Position numbers and translations under genes: made by a program. The notes below the pieces were generated by a model. It made no database searches and was not told the DNA's origin. It saw only the letters and a list, made by a program, of their open reading frames with translations. Positions 46,314-55,100 of a stretch of DNA of 64,000 nt are shown piece after piece. This stretch comes from SAR86 cluster bacterium AG-313-D11 (GTDB taxonomy: Bacteria > Pseudomonadota > Gammaproteobacteria > Magnimaribacterales > D2472), in the NCBI GenBank assembly GCA_003284215.1, contig QBVW01000005.1, forward strand, positions 4,881-68,880, in the 5' to 3' direction. The first letter of the stretch is position 1. Each line of letters begins with the position of its first letter.

Positions 46314-47510
46314 CTATACAAAATAATCTGTATTCTCTACTCCAAGTTGCATAGCTCCATAATTTCTTGAAAAGCTAACAGGGTTATTTGCAACATGCGC
46401 TCTGGAAGTGTGAACATCTAAAAATATTTTTTGAATGTCGCTGCCAGCAAATACTGCTCCACCACCAGCATTGGAAAAAAGAGTATCAACAACTTCTAAA
46501 CATTTTTCTATTACTAAGGATGCATCATATCGAAACTTAACGCGATCAATCATAGGAATTCCGCCTTGATCACCAGCTTTATCAACCATCACATCATAAT
46601 TTTTAAACATGATAGTTTCTATTGCATCTAGCTTAGCAGATGCTTCCGCAACTATTGATTGAGTGTGAGTATCACCAGCTAATTTAGAGGGATCACTGGA
46701 AGCTTTATTATTCGCTCCCTCTATGAAGAGCTCTAACATCTTTTTTGTTGCACCAATTGCAGGTGTGGAAACAGCTCTTACAAATAACTGCCCCCATGGA
46801 ATCTTAAATAAATCATTCTTATTTACTTCATATCCTGGATTAGTCAAATTAAAACCATCAGATTGTTTGTGGGTACGATACTCTGGAACAAAAACATCAT
46901 TAACGTGGATATCTTGGCTTCCAGTTGCCTTCAGGCCCATTGAGTACCAAGTGTCTTTTATTTCATAATCACTTTTGGGTATAAGAAATGTTCTATATTC
47001 AGGAGCGCCGCCTTCAGGTGGAAAGATTAAGCCACCAAGCAAAGCCCAGTCACAATGTTCTGAGCCACTGGACCATTGCCAATGACCTGAAAATTTAAAG
47101 CCACCTTCAACAGGAGTGACTTGTCCCATAGGTGCATATGATGATGATACAAGGGTATTATCATCTTCACCCCAAACCTCTTTTTGAGCTTTTTTATCGT
47201 ACAAAGCAAGTTGGAATGGATGAATGCCCACAACTCCTAAAACCCATGCAGTCGACATGCATCCTTGAGCAACTCTTAGTTGGACTTCTGAAAAAGTGTG
47301 AGGATCTAATTCGTAACCACCATATTGCTTGGGTTGCAAAATTTTAAAAAATCCAGCATCTTTCATATCCTGGATAGTTTCTTTAGGGATTCTTCTATCT
47401 GCATTAGCAGATTCAGATCTTTCTTTCAAAATTGGTATAAGATTTTCAGCCTTTTTGATCATTTCGTTATGGAGATCAAGGTTTGTTCTTTCTTTTATTG
47501 CTAGTGTCAT
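46314..47510 (-). CDS. Acyl-CoA-dehydrogenase-fold flavin-dependent monooxygenase (HsaA / HpaH-C2 / DszC-like oxygenase component)
   Basis: 398 aa. N-terminus '…LIPILKERSESANADRRIPKETIQDMKDAGFFKILQPKQYGGYE' and 'GFKFSGHWQWSSGSEHCDWALLG' are typical of the two-component group D oxygenase subfamily. No partner reductase is in the window. Confidence 0.75.
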   Translation of the reverse strand: MTLAIKERTNLDLHNEMIKKAENLIPILKERSESANADRRIPKETIQDMKDAGFFKILQPKQYGGYELDPHTFSEVQLRVAQGCMSTAWVLGVVGIHPFQLALYDKKAQKEVWGEDDNTLVSSSYAPMGQVTPVEGGFKFSGHWQWSSGSEHCDWALLGGLIFPPEGGAPEYRTFLIPKSDYEIKDTWYSMGLKATGSQDIHVNDVFVPEYRTHKQSDGFNLTNPGYEVNKNDLFKIPWGQLFVRAVSTPAIGATKKMLELFIEGANNKASSDPSKLAGDTHTQSIVAEASAKLDAIETIMFKNYDVMVDKAGDQGGIPMIDRVKFRYDASLVIEKCLEVVDTLFSNAGGGAVFAGSDIQKIFLDVHTSRAHVANNPVSFSRNYGAMQLGVENTDYFV

Positions 47511-47695
47511 TTTTTGTTACTCTTTTTCATGAAATGTAATGATTCCATTAATAGTTTAATGATTCAACATAATAATTCATATTTTTTAATATAATTTTTA
47601 CGATTAATATCAAAAATATAAAATAATCTCAGAAAATTTATGCTCTCATTGGTAGCGTTAGTTAATTTTCTATTGAATGCATCTATAATTGTCCG

Positions 47696-49192
47696 ATGTC
47701 TAATATAAGTGTTAGCTGTAATGCAGGAAAATTTACTGGCTTAATTGAGCATGGTATTAATTTTTTCTATGGTATACCTTATGCAAAGCCCCTGACCAAT
47801 AAAACACAGTGGCAGTTTCCTGAAAAAATTGATTCAGAAATATCTTTTGAGGCTACTCAAAAAGGTTTCAGCGCACCTCAAACCATTTATCAAGAATCTT
47901 TTTTAACAGATCCAAATATGCCAGATGAATCAATAGATTGTCTTTCTTTAAATATTGCTTCAAAAAAAATAAATGCAAGAATGCCAGTGATGATTTGGAT
48001 TCATGGAGGGGCATACATTACCGGCTCTTCTAATTCAGTTATATACGATCTTGATTCACTTCCTCAACATGAAATTGTATTGGTTACGATCAATTATCGC
48101 TTGGGACCTTTTGGATTCTTGAAGCTTGATGAAATCTCAAATGGCAAAATTAGCTCTACTGGTAATGAAGGTTTAATGGATCAAAAGCTAGCAATAGAAT
48201 GGGTAAAAGAAAATATTGAAGAGTTTGGTGGTGATCCTGACAACATAACTATTTTTGGAGAATCTGCGGGCGCTTGGAGCGTTGCATTGCAATCTTCAAT
48301 TAATCCCTCAGGTAATTTATTCACAAAAGCTATTTGTCAAAGCGGAGGGATGAATGCGTTTTTTGACAAGGAAAGAGGAAATCAATGGGGCGAATTATTT
48401 TTAAAAACAGCCAATGATAATGGTGTGAAAATCAATGATTTATTTTCCTTAGGTCATAAGCAGATAACTTCACTTGCATCGAAAATGAAACATACGATGA
48501 TTGCTAATGGAAAATGGCTCTCACCAGAAGTGGGCTTCGCTCCAATTGCAGACGGCAATTTTTTATCTTTAAACCCTTTAAGGAACTTTCAAGATTCACC
48601 CATCAAGTTAATAGTTGGAACAACCGCAGATGAATATAGGCTTTGGTCTGAGTTTGAGCCGTATTATCAAAACTTAGATAAAGAAAGTTTTTACAAAAGG
48701 CTTAATAAAATATTTCAAGCAGAAACTGTTAATAAAATTGCAAGCAATTATTTGCCCAAAAATCCAATCAAGGATCAATATAAGCACGCATTATCTAACA
48801 TTATGACTGATTGGACATTTGGCATACACGCATTAGAATTATTAGAGCTGCATCAGGACAAGGTTTATGGTTATTTTTTCAATGAACCAAGCCCAGTCTT
48901 AGATGGCAAATTAGGGGCTTATCATGCTAGTGAGCTCCCTTATGTCTTTGGTTCAGCTACTAAAGAAATTTTTAAAGATTTTTGTTCAAAAGATGCTCAA
49001 AAAATTTCAAATTTTTTTCAAGTTTCTTGGACTCAGTTCGCTAAAACCGGCTCTCCCTCCTCGGATTTAATAAACTGGGAAGCATATGGTGTTAGTCAAT
49101 CGATTGCGTTTGTAAATTCTGACCCTAAAATTAAAGCTATTAATAACAAAGAAAGGATAAAATTGCTTCATGAATCAAAGACTAGCCACTAA
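47696..49192 (+). CDS. Carboxylesterase type B (no signal peptide)
   Basis: 498 aa. 'FYGIPYA', 'DCLSLNI', 'VMIWIHGGAY', 'NYRLGPFGF', the nucleophile elbow 'IFGESAGA' and the catalytic His context 'GAYHASELPYVFG'. Confidence 0.9.
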   Translation: MSNISVSCNAGKFTGLIEHGINFFYGIPYAKPLTNKTQWQFPEKIDSEISFEATQKGFSAPQTIYQESFLTDPNMPDESIDCLSLNIASKKINARMPVMIWIHGGAYITGSSNSVIYDLDSLPQHEIVLVTINYRLGPFGFLKLDEISNGKISSTGNEGLMDQKLAIEWVKENIEEFGGDPDNITIFGESAGAWSVALQSSINPSGNLFTKAICQSGGMNAFFDKERGNQWGELFLKTANDNGVKINDLFSLGHKQITSLASKMKHTMIANGKWLSPEVGFAPIADGNFLSLNPLRNFQDSPIKLIVGTTADEYRLWSEFEPYYQNLDKESFYKRLNKIFQAETVNKIASNYLPKNPIKDQYKHALSNIMTDWTFGIHALELLELHQDKVYGYFFNEPSPVLDGKLGAYHASELPYVFGSATKEIFKDFCSKDAQKISNFFQVSWTQFAKTGSPSSDLINWEAYGVSQSIAFVNSDPKIKAINNKERIKLLHESKTSH

Positions 49193-51014
49193 GAATTTTT
49201 TAATAACTATATTGTGTCTTTTCACTATAGGAGCATGTGTGAGTCCTGTGCAACAGGGCAACTCGTTAAAAATTGCTACCTCATCTGGACTATCTCAAGG
49301 AACCTTGAATAAAAATATTATTTCTTGGGAGGATATCCCTTATGCGATTCCTCCAGAAGGAGACCTTCGATGGAAGGCTCCAAGGCCGTTGGTATCTCCT
49401 GAGTTAAATATTGAACCTCAAGAAGGCAATGGATGCTTGCAAGAGGCTAGTATTTATGCAGGAATACAGGGAGAAGGAATAGTTGGACAAGAGGATTGCT
49501 TGTACTTGGATATAAAAGCTCCTGTAAATAATTTAAATAGAAGACTGCCTGTGATGTTTTGGATTCATGGTGGCGGCAATACATCCGGTGTGAAAGATTA
49601 TTACGATTTTTCAGAACTAATTCGAGAACATCAGGTCCTCGTTGTAACAATCAATTATCGTTTGGGTCCTATGGGATGGTTTACGCATCCAGCTATACAA
49701 GGACTTCAAAATGGAATTGATAAAACTTCTAATTTTGGAACCCTTGATATTATGGAGGCATTAAGATGGGTGCAAGCTAATATCCAAAATTTTGGTGGAG
49801 ATCCAGACAATATTACAATTTTTGGAGAGTCAGCTGGAGGAAATAATGTATTGTCATTGCTTGCTTCGCCTATGGGAAATGGGCTCTTTCATAAGGCAAT
49901 CTCCCAATCAGGATATACAACTAGTTTTACTAAGGAAGAGGCAATAGGAGTTAATGAAAAAGGCATCATCCTAAATCACTTAGGGTCTGATCCAGTGCTT
50001 TCAAACTATGACTTATCTGGGTATGGAAGTATAAAAAACCTTTTTAATAAAGATCCTAAGAAATACGGAGAAGAATATCAGCGTTATTTAAGATCGATTG
50101 ATGGAAGGGATCTTTTAGAGATCTATGAAAAACTTTCTAAAGATACCTATGATCGGTTACCACTTTTAACTAGAGATGGACTGGTAACTCATATTAATGG
50201 AGTTAGTGCTGGACTTGCTTCTTCCCAAAAGAAAAATAATATTCCTGTAATCGCTGGATCAAACAAGGACGAACTCTCACTTTGGCTAGGATCTAATAGA
50301 TATTTCGTAAAAGCATCTTACCCATTAACAAAACTATTACCAATTCCAAAAATTGAATTTAAAAAAGAGGATTTGTACAAACTATGGGTTAATGCTCGAT
50401 CACAGGGTTGGAAATTAAGAGGTGTAGATGAGCCTTTAATGGAGTTAGAGAAAGCTGGTTTTAATTCATTATATGCATACAGATTTGATTGGGATGATCA
50501 AACATCCTCATATTTTGCAGACTTCCCTAATTTAATCGGCGCAGCTCATGGATTTGAGATATCTTTTATCACAGGAGACTTTAAATTTGGTCCAATTGGA
50601 CGCTACGTTTACCCCAAAGGAGAGCTGAGAGATCAAATGATGGGAACTATGATGAGTTCCTGGGCTTCATTTGCCAAAACTGGAATTCCTGATACTGGTA
50701 ATGGTTTGACATGGGAAAAATTTAATTCAAAAGAGCGGATCTTTATGAAACTAGATTCTGACGAATATTTATCTTTAGATAAAGAAATGTTATCTCTTGA
50801 ATTTATCCTAGAAACTATAAGATTATCTTCAGTTGGAACGCTTTTAGAAAAATGTTTGTTAGCAGAAGAAATATTTTTTAATATTGGCGATCGTCTCGAG
50901 AATGAATTTGATGAATGGAATCAAGCTGCCTGCTCACAATTTGATACCAATTTTGAGCGCAAGAAGATTGAAACAAATCTTATCAAAGAATACGGATCAG
51001 CCACTGTTTACTGA
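49170..51014 (+). CDS. Carboxylesterase type B, predicted lipoprotein
   Basis: 614 aa. Signal plus lipobox 'ILCLFTIGAC/VSP'. 'EDIPYA', 'DCLYLDI', 'VMFWIHGGGN', 'NYRLGPMGW', 'IFGESAGG' and 'GAAHGFEISF'. It overlaps the upstream esterase by 23 nt. Confidence 0.88.
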   Translation: MNQRLATKNFLITILCLFTIGACVSPVQQGNSLKIATSSGLSQGTLNKNIISWEDIPYAIPPEGDLRWKAPRPLVSPELNIEPQEGNGCLQEASIYAGIQGEGIVGQEDCLYLDIKAPVNNLNRRLPVMFWIHGGGNTSGVKDYYDFSELIREHQVLVVTINYRLGPMGWFTHPAIQGLQNGIDKTSNFGTLDIMEALRWVQANIQNFGGDPDNITIFGESAGGNNVLSLLASPMGNGLFHKAISQSGYTTSFTKEEAIGVNEKGIILNHLGSDPVLSNYDLSGYGSIKNLFNKDPKKYGEEYQRYLRSIDGRDLLEIYEKLSKDTYDRLPLLTRDGLVTHINGVSAGLASSQKKNNIPVIAGSNKDELSLWLGSNRYFVKASYPLTKLLPIPKIEFKKEDLYKLWVNARSQGWKLRGVDEPLMELEKAGFNSLYAYRFDWDDQTSSYFADFPNLIGAAHGFEISFITGDFKFGPIGRYVYPKGELRDQMMGTMMSSWASFAKTGIPDTGNGLTWEKFNSKERIFMKLDSDEYLSLDKEMLSLEFILETIRLSSVGTLLEKCLLAEEIFFNIGDRLENEFDEWNQAACSQFDTNFERKKIETNLIKEYGSATVY

Positions 51015-53176
51015 TGTTCTTAATTCAACGGAAACTACTATTTCTATCATTAGCACTTTTATTTTTATCAAATTGCGGATCTGACGTAGATCCCGGTAAA
51101 ATTGAGGGACTTCCTCGTTCTAGTGAGGCGATCCAAAAACAAGATTTTAAATTTTTTCAAACCAAAGAAAGTTTGTTAGGTATTCAGGAAGAGGGTGATA
51201 CATCTCAAATTCTATTTGGTGATTTGCATGTCCATACAACATATTCTATTGATGCTTTTACTCTTGAGTTACCTATGATGGGTCTTCAGGGCGTGCATGA
51301 TAGTTCCATGGCCTGTGATTTTGCTAGATATTGTGCGAACTTAGATTTTTTTAGCTTCAATGATCATGCTGAGGGCCTTACTCCAGATCATTGGCGTGAG
51401 CAAAAAAAAATTATTCAACAATGCAACATTTCAAATGAAGATGCTAAAACAAATGATTTAGTTGTATTTCCTGGATGGGAATGGACTCAGATAGGTACTA
51501 CCAAAGAGAATCATTGGGGTCATCGAAATGTAATTTTTAAGGATATTGATAACTTACCTGCAAGACCAATAGGCTCTCGAACGCCTGAATCTGGTTTAGG
51601 TGTTTTCGATACAACTCAACAAGCAGTTAATGCGAGGTGGTTAGATATATTTAATTTTAAAAGGTATTCTGATTTGAATTGGCTTTTAAATGAAGTCAGG
51701 AACATACCTTTTTGTGAGGAGGGTGTCTCCTCTAAAGACCTTCCCTTGAATTGTTATGAGTATGCAAGAACCCCCAGAGACCTTTTTCAAAAACTGGATG
51801 AGTGGGATTTTGATAGCATTGTCATTCCTCATGGCCAATCATGGGGTTTTCATGTTCCCTTAGGTACTTCGTGGGATAATCGTCTGAATAATGAGGGCCA
51901 TGATCCTGGCAAACAAATCCTTTTAGAAATTATGTCTGGTCATGGCAACAGTGAAGAATTTAGAAATATTGCTTCTGCAAATTTCCTGCAAAATGATGCT
52001 ATGAGTTGCCCTGAACCATCGGATGATTTTTTACCATGTTGTTGGCAAGCTGGCGAAATGCAAAAAAAACGTTGTGAAGGGCTTACCAAAAATGAGTGTG
52101 ATGCAAGGGTGGAACTTGCAAAAAAATATACTTTGGCAGGAGGTCCATATACTAATATGGTATTTCCAGAGGCTAAGCCTGAAGAATGGTTGAATTGTGA
52201 TCAATGTACAGATTGTTTTAAACCAGCATTTAACTATAGACCTAAGCAATCTGCTCAATACGCATTAGCTATATCTAATTTTCAAGAATCTTCAGATTCG
52301 CCGCAAAGATATAATTTTGGATTTATTGCATCAACTGATGATCATACTGCACGTCCTGGAACTGGTTATAAGCAATATGAAAGACGAAAGATGACCTTTG
52401 CTACGGGTATGAAATCTAAATTTTGGGAATATGAGTATGATGCTGAAGATCCAAGCTTTCCAGAAATTCCAAAAATTACTCCTGGAGAAAGTCAGCCTGA
52501 TAGCGAGAGAGTGTCAAGTTTTGTATATCCTGGCGGAATTCTAGCCGTTCATTCACAGGGCAGAGGAAAAGAAGCAATTTGGACTGCATTAAAAAATAAA
52601 AATGTTTATGGTACTAGCGGGCCAAGAATTTTGCTGTGGTTTGATTTACTTAACTCTCCTTCAGGAAAAGTTCCAATGGGCTCCGAAATAACAATGAGTC
52701 AGAACCCCAGATTTATAATAAAAGCAGCTGGAAGTTTTAAGCAAAAAAAGGGATGCTCAAATGAATCAATAGATTCACTCTCTTCAGAAAGGCTAGATTA
52801 TCTTTGTGCTGGCGAGTGTTATAACCCCAGCAATGAAAGACATATCATAGAACGAATAGAAGTTATTAAAATTACACCACAAGTATACTCAGGTGAGGCA
52901 GTAAGTCCTCTTATACAAGATCCATGGCTAAAGCTTCCATGTCAGGGAGCTGGAGAGTGCGCTGTTGAATTTGAGGATCAAAATTATTCTAGAGACAGCG
53001 TTTATTATGTCAGAGCAATTCAAGAGGCCACTTCAGCAATTAACGGAGCACCTTTATCTCAGAGAAATGAATTTAAACTTTGTAAAGGAAGTTTTAGAAC
53101 AGATCTTCAGGATAACTGCTTGAGCATGACAAATGAAAGGGCATGGTCATCACCAATTTATATAAATAAGCCCTAA
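51014..53176 (+). CDS. DUF3604-like protein (PHP-type metal-dependent hydrolase-like N-terminus), predicted lipoprotein, Cys-rich
   Basis: 720 aa. Signal plus Cys 'LALLFLSNC/GSD'. 'FGDLHVHTTYSIDAF' and 'FFSFNDHAEG' resemble the His/Asp metal motifs that open DUF3604/PHP-like proteins. The ATG shares one base with the upstream stop (TGATG). Confidence 0.7.
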   Translation: MFLIQRKLLFLSLALLFLSNCGSDVDPGKIEGLPRSSEAIQKQDFKFFQTKESLLGIQEEGDTSQILFGDLHVHTTYSIDAFTLELPMMGLQGVHDSSMACDFARYCANLDFFSFNDHAEGLTPDHWREQKKIIQQCNISNEDAKTNDLVVFPGWEWTQIGTTKENHWGHRNVIFKDIDNLPARPIGSRTPESGLGVFDTTQQAVNARWLDIFNFKRYSDLNWLLNEVRNIPFCEEGVSSKDLPLNCYEYARTPRDLFQKLDEWDFDSIVIPHGQSWGFHVPLGTSWDNRLNNEGHDPGKQILLEIMSGHGNSEEFRNIASANFLQNDAMSCPEPSDDFLPCCWQAGEMQKKRCEGLTKNECDARVELAKKYTLAGGPYTNMVFPEAKPEEWLNCDQCTDCFKPAFNYRPKQSAQYALAISNFQESSDSPQRYNFGFIASTDDHTARPGTGYKQYERRKMTFATGMKSKFWEYEYDAEDPSFPEIPKITPGESQPDSERVSSFVYPGGILAVHSQGRGKEAIWTALKNKNVYGTSGPRILLWFDLLNSPSGKVPMGSEITMSQNPRFIIKAAGSFKQKKGCSNESIDSLSSERLDYLCAGECYNPSNERHIIERIEVIKITPQVYSGEAVSPLIQDPWLKLPCQGAGECAVEFEDQNYSRDSVYYVRAIQEATSAINGAPLSQRNEFKLCKGSFRTDLQDNCLSMTNERAWSSPIYINKP

Positions 53177-53592
53177 AAGTTTTCTTGTTTAATTTGATTT
53201 GCTAAAGACCTTTTAATTTTGATTAATTCGGCAATCTTAAAGTATAGATTTTCCTCATAAGCATCGATTACAGAATCAGCGGTAACAAGTTCCCATAGCA
53301 CTCTTAACAATTCAATTTTTTCTTCATTCGAATATGAGTCATTAATTTTTCTTATTGATGGATAAAATGAAACTGATTCTTGTGTCTCATCAATAATTTT
53401 CTTTATAATGTCGCTTGCCTTTTTATCTTCAGTAGCTGTTTGATCTGCTCTTTTTTTTATCAGCTTTAATTCTGAGCTGTCAAGCTCACCATCGCTTATA
53501 GCAATTTCAAACATTAATCGTAATGCAACGTCAGCTTCGTGAGTACTGACTGCATCAAGGCATTGCTTCTTCTTAAATAAGTTCTTAAGCAT
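53173..53592 (-). CDS. TerB-family (tellurite-resistance-like / DjlA N-domain-like) small protein
   Basis: 139 aa, helical, with two repeats of the TerB pattern ('MFEIAISDGELDSSELKLIKK' and 'LWELVTADSVIDAYEENLYFKIAE'). It starts 5 nt downstream of the phosphoglycosyltransferase gene. Confidence 0.6.
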   Translation of the reverse strand: MLKNLFKKKQCLDAVSTHEADVALRLMFEIAISDGELDSSELKLIKKRADQTATEDKKASDIIKKIIDETQESVSFYPSIRKINDSYSNEEKIELLRVLWELVTADSVIDAYEENLYFKIAELIKIKRSLANQIKQENF

Positions 53593-53597
53593 AATAA

Positions 53598-54173
53598 TTA
53601 TTTTATGAGCTTTAGTAATAAAATTCTTGGATATTTTATAAAAGTTCCGATAAGAATCAAGAAATCAACATAAAAAGATTTATTTTCAATGTAAATTCTA
53701 TCTACTTCTGCTAGTTTGCTAGGGTTGCTCATGTCATATCCTAAAATCTGAGAAAGTCCGGTTATCCCCGGCTTAACTTTAAAAACACCATTCATGTCTC
53801 TGCTCTTCGCTAACTCTGTTTGAGAGAGAAGCCCTGGTCTTGGCCCTATTAAGTTTATATCTCCTTTAATTACATTTATAAGTTGTGGGAATTCATCAAG
53901 CTTTAATTTTCGAAAGAGTCTTCCTGAAACTAGTTGATACTTTTGATCCAGGAGATGAGTCCCAGTGTTTGGAGATTCTTTTTTTAAGGTTCTTATCTTA
54001 ATTATTTTAAAAGTTAATTGATTTTTACCAACGCGCTCTTGAATAAAAAAAATGGGTATTCCATCTTCTATTGCTATCGCTAAAGCAGCAAAAAATATAA
54101 ATGGGGAAATGACAATTAACCCAATTATGCAGGCTAGATTCCTTAAAAAAATAATAAATTTTTTGAGCAACAT
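53598..54173 (-). CDS. Small monotopic initiating phosphoglycosyltransferase (PglC/WbaP-C-terminal 'bacterial sugar transferase' family)
   Basis: 191 aa. N-terminal re-entrant helix, then 'FFIQERVGKN…FKIIKIRT' and 'DEFPQLINVIKGDINLIGPRP', the family signature. Confidence 0.9.
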   Translation of the reverse strand: MLLKKFIIFLRNLACIIGLIVISPFIFFAALAIAIEDGIPIFFIQERVGKNQLTFKIIKIRTLKKESPNTGTHLLDQKYQLVSGRLFRKLKLDEFPQLINVIKGDINLIGPRPGLLSQTELAKSRDMNGVFKVKPGITGLSQILGYDMSNPSKLAEVDRIYIENKSFYVDFLILIGTFIKYPRILLLKLIK

Positions 54174-54212
54174 TTTGTAATGTAAAATAAAACCTTATCT
54201 TAAATCATTAAC

Positions 54213-55082
54213 ATGAATATTGCTTTAACAGGATCTTCTGGAATAATAGGATCAAAAATTTTAAGTGACCTAAAGCATATGGGTCACGATGTTTTATGTA
54301 TTTCGTCTTCTATTTCATCCCATAATGATAATGTCTATCTCTATGAAGAGCTTAATAATCAATCAGTGCATTTTAAAGCAGATTATATTTTTCACTTAGC
54401 ATCAATTAACTCAAATTTAACTGAATCAGAGGTGTCGCTCGAGCTTTTGCTCATGAAGAAAGTTATAAAATCTATGAAATATATCAATTGTAAAAAAATA
54501 ATTTTTTTCAGCACTTGCAAAGTTTACGGGGATAATTCATTTAGTTTTAGGCAGTTTGACGAGAATTCAGAATTAGTACCAAAATGTTTTTATGGAAAAG
54601 CGAAGGTTCAATGTGAGGAGACCTTAATCAAACAATCTTCAGAGCATAATTTTAATTATCTCATCTTCAGACTGCCACCAGTGTTACTTGATAATCAGAA
54701 ATCCGCACTTGGAAAATTACTCCAGGCTGTTCAAAAAGGAATGCCAATTCCATCATTCAGGATTGGCGATAAAAATGAAAGGAGCTTTTTATCTTATGAA
54801 CTATTGGCTCATATCATAAAGCTTGTTATATCAGATATCCGGAATGTAAATAACAATACATTGAATTTATCTGATTCAAGGATTATCTCTACGCATGATC
54901 TTTTAAGGAGGTTTGGCAAAAGTGTTAATAAAAAACCAAAAATTATTTATTTACCAGAATTTTTTTTTAAAGCTATGATGAGGGTAAATCGATTACAATC
55001 TATATTGAGTAGATTATATGGAAACTTTCACCTATCTAATGCAAAACTTAAAAAAGAGTTTGAAGTTCCAGATAAATTTTAA
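54213..55082 (+). CDS. NAD-dependent epimerase/dehydratase-family SDR (candidate UDP-4-keto-6-deoxy-HexNAc 4-reductase, WbpV/WreQ-like)
   Basis: 289 aa. 'IALTGSSGIIGS' and the catalytic 'FYGKAK'. Located between the PGT and the WbpM-type dehydratase. Confidence 0.75.
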   Translation: MNIALTGSSGIIGSKILSDLKHMGHDVLCISSSISSHNDNVYLYEELNNQSVHFKADYIFHLASINSNLTESEVSLELLLMKKVIKSMKYINCKKIIFFSTCKVYGDNSFSFRQFDENSELVPKCFYGKAKVQCEETLIKQSSEHNFNYLIFRLPPVLLDNQKSALGKLLQAVQKGMPIPSFRIGDKNERSFLSYELLAHIIKLVISDIRNVNNNTLNLSDSRIISTHDLLRRFGKSVNKKPKIIYLPEFFFKAMMRVNRLQSILSRLYGNFHLSNAKLKKEFEVPDKF

Positions 55083-55100
55083 AAATTTGCATATACAAAT

